In this document: positions 1 to 12,744 of the stretch, piece by piece
Layout: every line of letters begins with the position of its first letter
How positions within the stretch are numbered: position 1 is the stretch's first letter
NCBI GenBank assembly: GCA_010909165.1
Contig: MU008154.1
Location: forward strand, 248,001-312,000
DNA: 64,000 bases
Source of the DNA: Anthoceros angustus
Lineage: Eukaryota; Plantae; Anthocerotophyta
Direction of reading: 5' to 3'
The notes under the pieces: model-generated
What the model saw: only the letters and a program-made list of their open reading frames with translations
Told to the model about the DNA's origin: nothing
The model's database searches: none
Program-made: the position numbers and the translations under genes

Positions 1-115
1 TTCGCCAGCAATCACACACAACTTCTCGGCCTCTTGCAATCTAACAACAAAGGGACCGGCCGACTACGTAAAGGGTTCTTGCCCCAGCAGACAACAAGCG
101 CTATCAAGCAGGAAC

Positions 116-1051
116 CTATGGAATACTGATCTCGTTAGGAAGCCCTTTAGGGTTTTTTTTCGATGGTGACAAAAGAAGTTTTCCAGCCGGAAAACTTCTG
201 GTGTCACACACTTGACGAGATCGGCCGCGGGCGCCTGCCCCTCGTGTCCCGATCTTGTCACTAAGCTTGTGGTGTGTGTGTGAAGATTCTTTTTAGGTTT
301 TGACACACAAGGTTTTCTTTTTTAGGGCTGTCAGGGCATGGGCCATCGCACATCCATTCGCATGACCCTATCTGCCCGTCAGTTTGCCATAAGGAAACCG
401 TCACCAGGCCTTTATGGCAGATAGCGTGGAGGAGCCATCGCGCCGAGCGCCATCGCCTTCGCAGCCCATACAGCCTTTGTGGTCGATAGCTGAGGCGCCA
501 TACGCCTCGCGCGCGCTTTGTGACCATCCGGTGTCGTGCGATTGCATTTGGCAGCTATACAGGCCTCGCGCGATAGCGCACAACATCTTCACACAAGCAG
601 GCTTTACATTCGACCATAAGAAAGCCACCACTGGGCTCACGTCTCAAAAGGACAGAACACACCGGATCGAGCATGTTCGAGGCTAACATCCGGGGCCACG
701 CGCGACGGTGAAAGGGAAACACAGTCTTGAACGACTAGCATGCCCACAGTCGGGGGCTTCCACCTGGGCCGAGACATGTCCGATCCGATATATATGTCCA
801 TGTGTGGTGCAGGAAAACCCTAAACATGAGTATGTGTGTTTGACATAAACCCTAAATGGCAGAAAGAAAAGTGGATGACTGAGATCGGAACACGAGGGGG
901 CAAGTTCCGAGACAAAAAAACTTTGTGGCGCCTACGGCCGTCCCGATGTGGCGTATGTGATGAAGGAATCTTGAAGATGCAAGCATCTTCATGTAGAATA
1001 CCGTAAGAAAAAACTTGTCACACACACTCGTGGCGGATCGGTATTCCATAG
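116..1051. mobile_element. Non-autonomous TIR element, copy A
   Basis: Same termini (CTATGGAATACTGATCTCGT ... GATCGGTATTCCATAG) as 5202-6125, noisier sequence. Confidence 0.65.
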
Positions 1052-1765
1052 GGCAAGGGCGAGAGTCATGCATAATTGCTTGCATAAGCGCTTTCAAGAT
1101 GACATTCAATGTCAAGTGGCACAACACGACCGGCCTAGGGCTTTTGAAGAGACACACTCCTTTCATCCTATTGAAAAATTCTTGCTTTGCTCTCCAAGTT
1201 CGTGGACATGGATGAAAATGCAATCGAAACAAATTCCATGATCTCTTAACACGGTAGCGTGTTCATCAAATCGGACACGGCAAAGCTAATCGGATGCGCC
1301 CAATCCTCAAGATCTAACCGCGGTGGATCGGCATCAAAGCAAATACAACACATGCAACGAAGGAGCGGATCCCACGGTCCAATCATCCGAGCTGCAAGTT
1401 CTTACATTGATATCATTGGTGAAGGAGTCCATCTCCTTCTTGACTCGATTGCAAACAAAAACTCCCGCCTTCCCAAAGACAAAGATCCATGTACGATCGC
1501 CTTCCACGCCCGGCAATCTAAGATCGAGCGACTTCAAGTGTGAATTCCGGTCCCTAGGATTCTAACACTCGCGGCAACAACGACGATGGCAAAACCCGCG
1601 GCCGAACCGAAAATCGATAGCGAAAGTAGATGCGGTGAAGTTTAATATTCCTAAGCGATGTCGACCACTAAAATAGAACTCAAGGTTGGTCGATCGTACA
1701 TATATATATATATATATATATATATGAATCCATCGCATCTCAAAGCGTTGAAATGGATTATAATA

Positions 1766-2478
1766 CTCAAACCCTCTAATTGGGACCCCTATAAATGGGA
1801 ACCCTTTAAATGGGGCCTTGGGTCCCTTGAATGTGCTACACGCTAAATGGGAAACCCATCTAATTTGTAAATGGGAACATGTCTTCCAAACATTCAATGC
1901 AAGTACACCTCTGTAAAAGGGAAAATACATATTTTTAAAAAAAAAAGAAAAATTGAGGAAATCGTCTTATCGAGATTACATATATTCGTACAGAGGATGA
2001 AATATGGCAAGCATTAATTCCTCCGCCTGTCAATGAGGAGGGTGAGGAGAATGATACAACGTCAGTGGAGACCATAAGCGCCAAGACCGCGTCGACAAAG
2101 GATCAGATAATGCTATGAGGATAGCGAAGATGTTTTTGGAAGAGATGCCACATAACACTCTTGATGCTTTGAAGTTGCATTCTCGGTTGGAAAAACATAT
2201 TGCTAGTCATTGGATGAAAGCAACTCAAGATCAATCAAGAATTGATGATTATTTTAACTCGCAAACTAGAATTAGGTTGGCAGCTATGTATATGAGGGAG
2301 CATTTTGGATTTTTGGATTTTTGGAAGCTTTTAAGTTCTTTCGAATTTTTGATTTAAAAGATTTTTTGATTTGTTTTAAATATTTTTATTTTCAAAAAGA
2401 TGAAAATGCCTAACGGGAACCCCTCTAAATGGGACGATTTTGCTACTCCCAATTGTTCCCAATTAGAGGGTCTGACTG
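1766..2478 (+). mobile_element. pogo/Tc1-mariner-like internally deleted element, copy A
   Basis: Inverted termini (C)TCAAACCCTCTAATTGGGA / TCCCAATTAGAGGGTCTGACTG with TA flanks; internal ORF remnant ...KATQDQSRIDDYF. Confidence 0.7.
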
Positions 2479-2904
2479 TACATTGAATCCTACCGTTGGA
2501 AGTCAGTGATTTTGCGCTGCTTTTTGCAGAGGGTGGTGAGCTGGGATTGCGATAGGGCTTAGCCTTAAGCTTGGCTTTCTCCTTGGCCTTCTCATTAGAC
2601 TTAACAGGGTCTGCAATGTCCTGTAGTTCTCCACTGAGCATATCCAGCTGGTCATGTGTAGGATGCCCTCCTGTGGTCTTGTTCAGTGCTTAGGCTGCAG
2701 CCTTTCTTGCTCGACAATCCTTATTGGCGATTGCATGATCACTGCATATTGACATTAGGGAAGAGATGATTGGCGATTGCATGATCACTGCAAATTAACA
2801 TTAGGGAAGAGATGAGACTGAAGACGGCAGAGAGGATACTAAGAGACAGGAAAGAGTCAAGAGGTGGAGGCCGCCTGGCTTAGGATAATCCTTGCCAATC
2901 TTGC

Positions 2905-4345
2905 AATCTAAGATCGAGCATGTTCGAGGCTAACATCCGGCCACGCTGACGGGGAAGACCATCGAGAGGTCAAAGCTTGGTAGCAACTCTGGCGAGGCTT
3001 TCTGAATTTCGCCAGCAATCACACACAACTTCTCGGCCTCTTGCAATCTAAGATCGAGCGACTTCAAGTGTCGAATTCGTCGACTTTGACACCATCACGA
3101 AGTATATCATATGCTACTTTAGGCCTGCCCTTCCTCACGGCAATATGGAAATACACCTTGTCAGCTGGAGGATCATCCATGAAACCACTGTCACCTTTAT
3201 CCAGAACAGCAGCTTCGTCTTTAGACCCTCTATGTCAGAGCATTTCCTTAAGACAGTATTTCAGTGACTTTGGTATTGTATCTCACAATAGATCCATCCC
3301 GAAAACCGACCACATGAGACACATTGCCTGCGTTTTTTCCCACCTAGCGCGACCATTTGGCCACGACTTCAGGAGCAATGACGCACAATCTAGCGACTGC
3401 ACACCCGGATTCATGCGTTTCTAGGAATTCGTCGACTTTGACACCATCACGAAGTATATCATATGCTACTTTAGGCCTGCCCTTCCTCACGGCAATATGG
3501 AAATACACCTTGTCAGCTGGAGGATCATCCATGAAACCACTGTCACCTTTATCCAGAACAGCAGCTTCGTCTTTAGACCCTCTATGTCAGAGCATTTCCC
3601 TTAAGACAGTATTTCAGTGACTTTGGTATTGTATCTCACAATAGATCCATCCCGAAAACCGACCACATGAGACACATTGCCTGCGTTTTTTTCCCACCTA
3701 GCGCGACCATTTGGCCTAGACCTTAGGGCGCGCAGGACTCCCTCGTGCGAGTTCATCAGCGCGACACGTCATCAATAAAACTTGAACTTGATCTCAATGA
3801 TTCCTGGTATGAAAACAGTTATCTTCTCTGTAGTTTCCTCAAATGCATAGTTGGTGGCAGTCCGAGGGAAAAGACCATCGAGAGGTCAAAGCTTGGTAGC
3901 AACTCTGGCGAGGCTTTCTGAATTTCGCCAGCAATCACACACAACTTCTCGGCCTCTTGCAATCTAACAACAAAGGGACCGTCGAGCCGACTACGTAAAG
4001 GGTTCTTGCCCCAGACAACAACGCTATCAGCAGAACCTATGGAATCGATCTCGTTAGGAAGCCCTTTAGGGTTTTTTTCGATGAGATAAAAGAAGTTTTC
4101 CACGGAAAACTTCGTGTCACACTTGACGAGATCGCGGCCGCCTCGTGTCCCGATCTTGTCACTAAGCTTGTGGTGTGTGTGTGAAGATTCTTTTTAGGTT
4201 TTGACACACAAGGTTTTCTTTTTAGGCATGGGCCATCGCACATCCATTCGCATGACCCTATCTCGCCGTCGATTTGCCATAAGGAAACCGTCACCGTGCC
4301 TTTATGTAGGAAAGAGGGCCTAGATCCTAATATAGTATTTTACTC
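2905..4345. repeat. Patchwork of short re-copied fragments of the neighbouring repeat block
   Basis: 3074-3362 and 3425-3715 both equal 4587-4876; 3716-4295 is a degraded copy of ~4876-5480; 4297-4343 equals ~9257-9300. Confidence 0.8.
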
Positions 4346-5201
4346 GTTTGCCCATGCTACACTCACACAGTCCCAAGTTCTCCAGCTGTACATGACTTCG
4401 GTGGTTAGGTGTGAAAATGTACGCAGGGGCTTGTAGTGTACACAGGGACTGGCTCCTCAAGCACAAGGCTTCCATGATGTGGAATGCTCTCCCCACCGTC
4501 TGCAGGTTATGGCCCTCATTTGGCCACGACTTCAGGAGCAATGACGCACAATCTAGCGACTGCACACCCGGATTCATGCGTTTCTAGGAATTCGTCGACT
4601 TTGACACCATCACGAAGTATATCATATGCTACTTTAGGCCTGCCCTTCCTCACGGCAATATGGAAATACACCTTGTCAGCTGGAGGATCATCCATGAAAC
4701 CACTGTCACCTTTATCCAGAACAGCAGCTTCGTCTTTAGACCCTCTATGTCAGAGCATTTCCTTAAGACAGTATTTCAGTGACTTTGGTATTGTATCTCA
4801 CAATAGATCCATCCCGAAAACCGACCACATGAGACACATTGCCTGCGTTTTTTCCCACCTAGCGCGACCATTTGGCCTAGACTTAGGCGCGCAGGACTCC
4901 CTCGTGCGAGTTCATCAGCGCGACACGTCATCAATAAAACTTGAACTTGATCTCAATGATTCCTGGTATGAAAACAGTTATCTTCTCTAGTTTCCTCAAA
5001 TGCATAGTTGGTGGCAGTCCGAGGGAAAAGACCATCGAGAGGTCAAAGCTTGGTAGCAACTCTGGCGAGGCTTTCTGAATTTCGCCAGCAATCACACACA
5101 ACTTCTCGGCCTCTTGCAATCTAACAACAAAGGGACCGTCGAGCCGACTACAGAAAGGGTTCTTGCCCCCAGCAGACAACAACTGGCTATCAAGCAGGAA
5201 C

Positions 5202-6125
5202 CTATGGAATACTGATCTCGTTAGGAAGCCCTTTAGGGTTTTTTTTCGATGGTGACAAAAGAAGTTTTCCAGCCGGAAAACTTCTGGTGTCACACACTTG
5301 ACGAGATCGGCCGGCGCCTCGTGTCCGATCTTGTCACTAAGCTTGTGGTGTGTGTGAAGATTCTTTTTAGGTTTTGACACACAAGGTTTTCTTTTTTAGG
5401 GCTGTCAGGGCATGGGCCATCGCACATCCATTCGCATGACCCTATCTGCCCGTCAGTTTGCCATAAGGAAACCGTCACCAGGCCTTTATGGCAGATAGCG
5501 TGGAGGAGCCATCGGCGCCGAGCGCCACTGCCTTTCGCAGCCATACAGGCCTTTGTGGCTGATAGCCTGGAGGCGCCATACGCCTCGCGCGATAGCGTGG
5601 AGGAGCCATCCGGTGTCGTCGCGATTGCATTTGGCGCTATAGCCTCGCGCGATAGCGCATAACATCTTCACACAAGCAGGCTTTACATTCGACCATAAGA
5701 AAGCCACCACTGGGCTCACGTCTCAAAAGGACAGAACACACCGGATCGAGCATGTTCGAGGCTAACATCCGGCCACGCTGACGGTGAAAAAACAGCCTTG
5801 AACGACTAGCATGCCCACTGGGCTTCCACCGGCCGAGACATGTCCGATCCGATATATATGTCCATGTGTGGTGCAGAAAACCCTAAACATGAGTATGTGT
5901 GTTTGACATAAACCCTAAATGGCGTAAAGAAAAGTGGATGACCGAGATCGAACACGAGGGGCAAGTTCCGAGACAAAAAAAACTTTGTGGCGCCTACGGC
6001 CCGTCGTCCGCTGATGTGGCGCGTATGTGATGAAGGAATCTTGAAGATGCGCAAGCATCTTCATGTAGAATACCAGAAGAAAAAAACTTGTCACACACAC
6101 TCGTGACGAGATCGGTATTCCATAG
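5202..6125. mobile_element. Non-autonomous TIR DNA element (~920 bp), superfamily uncertain
   Basis: 20-bp TIR CTATGGAATACTGATCTCGT (5202-5221) vs ACGAGATCGGTATTCCATAG (6106-6125), 1 mismatch. GAAC on both flanks (5198-5201, 6126-6129) is a candidate 4-bp TSD. Subterminal TGTCACACAC..GACGAGATC repeats. Confidence 0.75.
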
Positions 6126-6808
6126 GAACCGAGACGAGAGTCATGCATAATTGCTTCAGGCATAAGCGCTTTCAAGATGACATTCAATGTCAAGTGGCAC
6201 AACACAGACCAGGCCTAGGGCTTTGAAAGAGACACACTCCTTTCATCCTATTGAAAAAATTCTTTGCGCTGCTCTCCAAGTTCGTGGACATGGACTGAAA
6301 TGCAATCGAAACAAATTCCATGATCTCTTAACACAGCGCGCGTGTTCATCAAATCGGACACGGCAAAGCTAACTGGATGCGTCCAATCCTCAAGATCTAA
6401 CCGTACGGCAGAATTGGATCGGCATCAAAGCAAATACAACACATGCAACGAAGGAGCCAGATCCCACGGTCCAATCATCCGAGCTGCAAGTTCTTACATT
6501 GATATCATTGGTGAAGGAGTCCATCTCCTTCTTGACTCGATTTGCAAACAAAAAACTCCCAGCCTTCCCCAGCACAGCATCCATGTACGATCAGCCTTCC
6601 CACGCCCCTGGCAATCTAAGATCCGAACAGCTTCAAGTGTCGAATTCCGGTCCCTAGGATTCTAACAGCTCCGCAGCAACAACGACGATGGCAAAACCCG
6701 CCGGTCGGAACCAGAAAATCTGATAGCCGAAAGTAGATGCCAGGTGAAGTTTAATATTCCTAAGCGATGTCAGCCACTAAAATAGAACTCAAGGTTGGTG
6801 CTGATCGT

Positions 6809-6836
6809 ACATATATATATATATATATATATATAT
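6809..6836. repeat. (TA)n microsatellite (also ~1698-1724)
   Basis: Direct reading of sequence. Confidence 0.95.
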
Positions 6837-6876
6837 GAATCCATCGCATCTCAAAGCGTTGAAATGGATTATAATA

Positions 6877-7596
6877 CAGTCAAACCCCTCTAATTGGGAC
6901 CCCTATAAATGGGAACCCCCTTTAAATGGGACGCCCGGTCCCTTGAATGTGCTACACGCTAAATGGGAAACCCATCTAATTTGTAAATGGGAACATGTCT
7001 TCCAAACATTCAATGCAAGTACACCTCTGTAAAAGGGAAAATACATATTTTTAAAAAAAAAAGAAAAATTGAGGAAATCGTCTTATCGAGATTACATATA
7101 TTAAATCGAGAGGATGAAATATGGCAAGCATTAATTCCTCCACAATGAGGAGGGTGAGGAGAATGATACAACGTCGGTGGAGACCATAGCGCCAAGACCG
7201 CGTCGACAAAGGATCGAGATAATGCTATGAGGATAGCGAAGATGTTTTGGAAGAGATGCCACATAACACTCTTGATGCTTTGAAGTTGCATTCTCGGTTG
7301 GAAAAACATATTGCTAGTCATTGGATGAAAGCAACTCGGCATCAATCAAGAATTGATGATTATTTTTAACAGCAAACTAGAATTAGGTTGGCAGCTATGT
7401 AGTATGAGGGAGCATTTTGGATTTTTTGGATTTTTTGGAAGCTTTTAAGTTCTTTCGAATTTTTGATTTAAAAGATTTTTTGATTTGTTTTAAATATTTT
7501 TATTTTCAAAAAAGATGAAAATGCCTAAACGGGAACCCCTCTAAATGGGACGATTTTTGCTACTCCCAATTGTTCCCAATTAGAGGGGTCTGACTG
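6877..7596 (+). mobile_element. pogo/Tc1-mariner-like internally deleted element, copy B
   Basis: TA|CAGTCAAACCCCTCTAATTGGGA ... TCCCAATTAGAGGGGTCTGACTG|TA. CAGT termini with TA TSD are typical of pogo-like elements. Internal frame ends QSRIDDYF*. Subterminal AAATGGGA repeats. Confidence 0.8.
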
Positions 7597-8225
7597 TACA
7601 TTGAATCCTACCGTTGGAAGTCAGTGATTTTGCGCTGCTTTTTTGCAGAGGGTGGTGAGCTGGGATTGCGATAGGGCTTAGCCTTAAGCTTGGCTTTCTC
7701 CTTGGCCTTCTCATTAGACTTAACAGGGTCTGCAATGTCCTGTAGTTCTCCACTGAGCATATCCAGCTGGTCATGTGTAGGATGCCCTCCTGTGGTCTTG
7801 TTCAGTGCTTAGGCTGCAGCCTTTCTTGCTCGACAATCCTTATTGGCGATTGCATGATCACTGCATATTGACATTAGGGAAGAGATGATTGGCGATTGCA
7901 TGATCACTGCAAATTAACATTAGGGAAGAGATGAGACTGAAGACGGCAGAGAGGATACTAAGAGACAGGAAAGAGTCAAGAGGTGGAGGCCGCCTGGCTT
8001 AGGATAATCCTTGCCAATCTTGCAATTTGCTCTCCTTTGGACTTCAACAGGTGCTGTCCATGGCTCATAGATGTACTGTTTCGGAAAGTCTGCTCAGCAA
8101 GCAACACCATAGGCGATTAAGTCATCCTTTTACTTCCTATCTAATATCCTTTCTGCAGAGGAGCACACTTCCCGTCACGTAGCCATGATGTATCACTAGT
8201 CGCCGTTCCCACCATTTTTTCCATC

Positions 8226-9005
8226 TCAAAGTTGACAGCTCGACGTCTCTGTTGACCTAGGCAAGGGCATAGGTGCAATAGAAAGGCTAGGCAAGGGCGT
8301 GGGTGGAGTAGAAAGAATTTTTTCATCCCCACTTTCATCATCCTCGTCTTCATCACTATCCTCCGAGTCTTCTGTCGGAAATGAAAAATAGGGCAGCTTT
8401 CTCTTGGTCCCAACTTTGACAGCTTCCGCCTTCTGCTCCAACTGCTTCTTCGCTTCGGCTAACCCTGACTTTACAGCCAACTCAACCGACTCCCTAGCCC
8501 GCTCACTCTTCTCCCTAATGACCTTCATCTCCTCCATAATCCCTGAGTCCTCCTTCTTCACTTTTTGCAACTTCTTCAAGTACTCCTCAGCCGTCTTCTC
8601 CAGCTCCCGCTCCTGCGCTTCTGCCTTCCACTCCTTCAGCTTCTTCTCTGCGTTCACATGCCGCAGCCGGCGTCCGCTCATATCCCTGCACGCATCGAAA
8701 TTGCTGGTCTTCTTCTGCCCCGCCTTGGTTGCCGCCCCTCGAAGCAGGGAACCAAACCCTCCCTTTCCCCCCCTGAGCCGCAACAACAGAGTGCAGGAAG
8801 GGAAGACTCCATCTGGCCCCGCCTCCAAAGTCTCTGCAACCCCGAACTCCCGCGTCCCCGTCACCAATCTTTGCTCCTCGACTGGAATCCCTGCTAGAGC
8901 ATGAATTCGGGACTTCAAATCCCCGTCTGTTACGCTGCTGCAAGGGAGCTGCAAGCAACGCGTCTTGCCATCGAGGAACTTCACCAAGATCTGATAGCTA
9001 GGCAT
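8226..9005 (-). CDS. SDE2: SDE2-like replication-stress/splicing factor (ubiquitin-fold N-terminus), 259 aa, intronless, possibly C-terminally truncated
   Basis: [15 protein letters not shown] ubiquitin-like fold, [17 protein letters not shown] cleavage motif, [17 protein letters not shown]; ATG at 9005. Confidence 0.85.
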   Translation of the reverse strand: MPSYQILVKFLDGKTRCLQLPCSSVTDGDLKSRIHALAGIPVEEQRLVTGTREFGVAETLEAGPDGVFPSCTLLLRLRGGKGGFGSLLRGAATKAGQKKTSNFDACRDMSGRRLRHVNAEKKLKEWKAEAQERELEKTAEEYLKKLQKVKKEDSGIMEEMKVIREKSERARESVELAVKSGLAEAKKQLEQKAEAVKVGTKRKLPYFSFPTEDSEDSDEDEDDESGDEKILSTPPTPLPSLSIAPMPLPRSTETSSCQL

Positions 9006-9321
9006 AGCGACCCGATCACGACAATCTTGAACACCCAAGAGTGGAACCCGCTTTGTCAGTCCGTGAATGCTATCCCAACCCTAAGTTTCACTGCGTCAAC
9101 TGCTACAAAATATTGAGGCCCAATTTAATATCGTAGAGGCCACTAGGTTCGGTTAAGACTTGTATATAACACAGGATCACTATAAGAGCCTTACTACACA
9201 AGGCACAAGTAATAGCAACAAGATGCACCCCACAATAAAAAGAGTGCTACCCTAAGGCCTTTATGTAGGAAAGAGGGCCTAGATCCTAATATAGTATTTT
9301 TACATACATACTTATATATAG

Positions 9322-11708
9322 TACCCCATAACCGAGGGGTGGTTCAACAGGATAATACCAAAAAAATTAATTTTTGAAAAAAATAAGGTTCAACATAAAT
9401 ATTTATATTTTTAAAAATTCAATATTTATGAAAATAATTTTATCAAATTTCAAAATTTATTAAGCTACATAGGTATCTATATAGAACTGATGGATATATA
9501 TAGACCTCCCCTAAACAGGCCCTAATTTTCCACACAAACCCTAGTTTCCTTGTTTTCGGTATCTTAAACTCATAAATTTTAACATATTCACCATTTTAAA
9601 TATAATAATTTATGGATTTTTAAATTTTACTAATTTCAATTAATTGATGCCGAAATCACCCCTCGGGACATGGTTGTGGCATACCAAAGAGGACAGAGGG
9701 GATGGGGCATTTTTTTTCTCGCGAAAGCCATGGAAGGCGTAGGCATCTTCAGGAATATACCCTAGATTCCAGTACGGAATGTTTTCTCACAGCACATGGT
9801 GTAATGTCCGCTTTGGCGCCCTAACCAAGAGAGGGCAAGCACCAAAGGGGATACACACTTTTCCTTGTCGAAATGGGTTGTTTGCTTCAAAATTTTTTCT
9901 GTCCTTCCAACTTTGAGAACAAAGATATGTTTTCAGAGTCTTCCGCCCTACCTTCTGTGATTAAGTTTTCTTCAATGCTATCCCATGGCCGCCAAACCCT
10001 AACCTGGCTGCCGCGCCGGCCGCCCCATCTGGTTGCCAAAGCCTACCTAAGCCGCTGGCATGGTTTTCGCAGGCAATGACGGCCGCGGCCGCGGCCGCCG
10101 CCACGGCCATGGTTTGCGAACCATGCACACGCCAATGGCCTTGTCCCCGTCTTCGCAGCTTGGGACTTTGCGATCGTGTATTTGTTAGGGAACCCACGAT
10201 GCTGGAAACATTAAGAAGCACAATCCTCTTGCAAACAGGAAAAAGCAAGATCATGGTCGAAACAGGAAGAGGGGATGGCCAATAGTAACATGGAAGCCGC
10301 CTTCACAGCTTTACTGGCAGGGCCTTCACAGTAGGCGGCATACCTCTCATTGCAGTTGGGTGCGCTAAACATCGTCCATACAACTTCAATCCCACATCAT
10401 GCCCAAGTCCTTCAACAACACCATGATTGCAGCCCTTCCATACTACCAAATTTGCTATACATAGAGACCTTTTAGTTTACTGCACCTAGCCATCAGCCAA
10501 TCCCAAACTGCATCCTTAGGCACAACACGACTTGGGCTTCCACCATCTGCACCAATGAGGGAGCTCGTGAATGCTCTGATGAAGAGGAGAAGGGCCAAAA
10601 TGGTAGCTCAAAGGATCACGCCAATCCGATGCATGACAAAGGCTTGGCGAGTGGTGCACGGTCTTTGATAACACTGGTGCGTGATTGGTCATTGCATGCT
10701 TTCATTTCTTACAAGAGTGGTGCATGGTCTTCAGAAACTTTTGATCAGGAGAATGCACAGAGTTGTTTTCGGCAGTACCTTTTCCAGTTGTTTCCACCTT
10801 CACAATAACATGTTGCCCTGCAACTCACTCTGTTGGTTACATGTGAAAAGCAGCAGCCCCATCTCCGAATTGATGAAACTACAGCATTCGCCTTCCAGGT
10901 GTAATTCAGTGGCAGATCACAGTAGGTTGCAAGGAACACCTTGTACAAAGTGTTCCTTGCATTACATGGAATGCTAACATGTAGGCTTAGCGGGGCACTC
11001 TGAAGTAGGAGGAACCTTGCTTACTGAAATGATAGCTCAAAGAAACATGCCAACAATCAAGGAATACAAGCCTCACAATAGGATGGACATCCAGAGCGGG
11101 CCAAGTTTGTTGAAAGGAGTGCAGGCTCCACAAACAAATCAATCGCCGCATTGGTGCAGCGGGGGCAGGGCGGAAGCAGACTAGTGCTCGCTCCTAATGT
11201 CCTGCTCCTGGCCCATTGCAACTGGAGAATACTGTGACCAATGCGTCTTCTTCAACCTACTCCCATGGATGAAGACGACTGTTCAGATTAAACTGCAAAA
11301 ACATTCAGGCCACAAGCGACCAAAGACGTGCACATGCTGCAAAATTGGATGCTATTACCTTGCCCAGACTTGCAGGCTGCTGGTCATATCGAGAAGGCAC
11401 CTCCTCGCTGTCCTCTACCGTGAAGGCCGACGTTTCCAAACATTTCTTGGTGCGCGCGCGAGAAAAAACCACAGTGAGTGCGGGAAAAAAAGTAAGTTCT
11501 CTTTGTGTGTACCGGTGAGCGTGAAGTGGCCGCTTTGGTGCGTCCCCCATTTCGGTCGGGTTACCAAAACGCATACCAAAAAGACGTGTGGTGTGAACAA
11601 AAGTTTCGTGCTTGAAAAAAATGCCACGTCCCCTGTGTCCTCTTTGGTTTCGTGCGTGAAAAAAATGCCCCGTCCCCTCTATCCTCTTTGGTATGCCATA
11701 TACGGTAC
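9322..11708. mobile_element. AT-rich MITE (~350 bp body, 9322-9672) whose right terminus appears interrupted by a 2-kb element
   Basis: CCGAGGGGTGGTTC ... GAAATCACCCCTCGG inverted ends; body homologous to 49707-50029; terminal TACGGTAC reappears at ~11700-11708. Confidence 0.6.
9678..11697. mobile_element. 2-kb non-autonomous TIR element with GGC termini (PIF/Harbinger- or ISL2EU-like, uncertain)
   Basis: ~45-bp TIR GGCATACCAAAGAGGACAGAGGGGATGGGGCATTTTTT at 9678 vs AAAAATGCCCCGTCCCCTCTATCCTCTTTGGTATGCC ending 11697. No transposase recognised; no clean TSD. Confidence 0.7.
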
Positions 11709-12744
11709 TAAATATGTAGATTATAAATCATAATATATATAATTATTCTAACATCTTTCAACCTTTAAACCAATTCTATTGTAGAAGGAAAACTCCCCTC
11801 ACAAGAAATGTGAAATAGAGAAATTCCTAAGTGAAATTAAAAAAATCTTTATAGCAGTAAAAAACTCTATAGGAACATCTTAAAAGAAAAAAACTCATGC
11901 TTAGGGGTCTTGATTCCTCAAGTCGTTATTCCTCCTAATAAGAGTTTTCATTCCTTATACAAACTAGAAGGAATAGTAGGAGTGTTCGTTTCTCCTAGTA
12001 AGAATCTTCATTTCTTCTGGTAAGAGTTTCAGTTTCTCCTAGTAGGAGTCTTTGTTTCTCTTAATGAGGGTCTTCATTTCTCCTTCTAGATGTTGTCATT
12101 TCTTTAACCGTCTTCAACTTGCACATGTGACCTGCAACCAGTTCCTTCTTTAATGAGTCTTAAACCTGCACCTTAAATCTGTTAGGGTTCTTTGTTCCAT
12201 AGCCTTTGTTCCATAGCTTGTAACACATTCAAGTCTCATGTAATTTGTTAAACGCTTGTGTAAAACTTGTAATTTAGTTGTTTAAGTCTGTTGTGAAGTA
12301 ACTCGTTGAAGTTTTATTGCTCCTCTTTAACCTATAATTTTACGATTTAAGGCTATTGCAAAACCTGTAACTCATTGAAGTCTTTATTTCTCTTCTTAAA
12401 TGTATAACTTAATTGTTTAGGTCTGCAGAAGACTTAAATACGATAGGATAACAACAACTCATAATTCCTCATATAGCCTAATGCTTTAACTTTTCCCAAG
12501 GAGTGGTTCAACTGATCATCAGAAGGGTTATTAAATTCTGCCTAAATAAATAGGTAGATACCTAGGTGAGTGTGTACTCATAGCGTGTGTGTTTAGACTA
12601 TTTGTAAAAGAGTATGCATCCATATGCTATCTAAGAATATGGAGCTTGGTAAAACCATTTTTACATACATGAACATATAAGGGATCATGATAGATCACGA
12701 AAGTGAGAAAGGATCATAACATATCACGAAAGGTAGATGGGATG

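Larger units (their letters stand above)
1..2925. repeat. Indel-rich near-duplicate (copy A) of 5081-8025; TE-rich block
   Basis: Position 1 TTCGCCAGCAATCACACAC matches 5081. Colinear through the TIR element, (TA)n, pogo-like element and 44-bp tandem to ...CCAATCTTGCAAT. Differences are mostly 1-3 bp indels. Confidence 0.9.
5081..8025. repeat. Copy B of the duplicated TE-rich block
   Basis: Colinear with 1-2925; usually retains bases missing from copy A. Confidence 0.9.

Noticed and set aside
11750-12420. Possible Gypsy gag remnant on the minus strand
   Set aside because: Many stops, no diagnostic motif, and no LTR or PBS could be confirmed.
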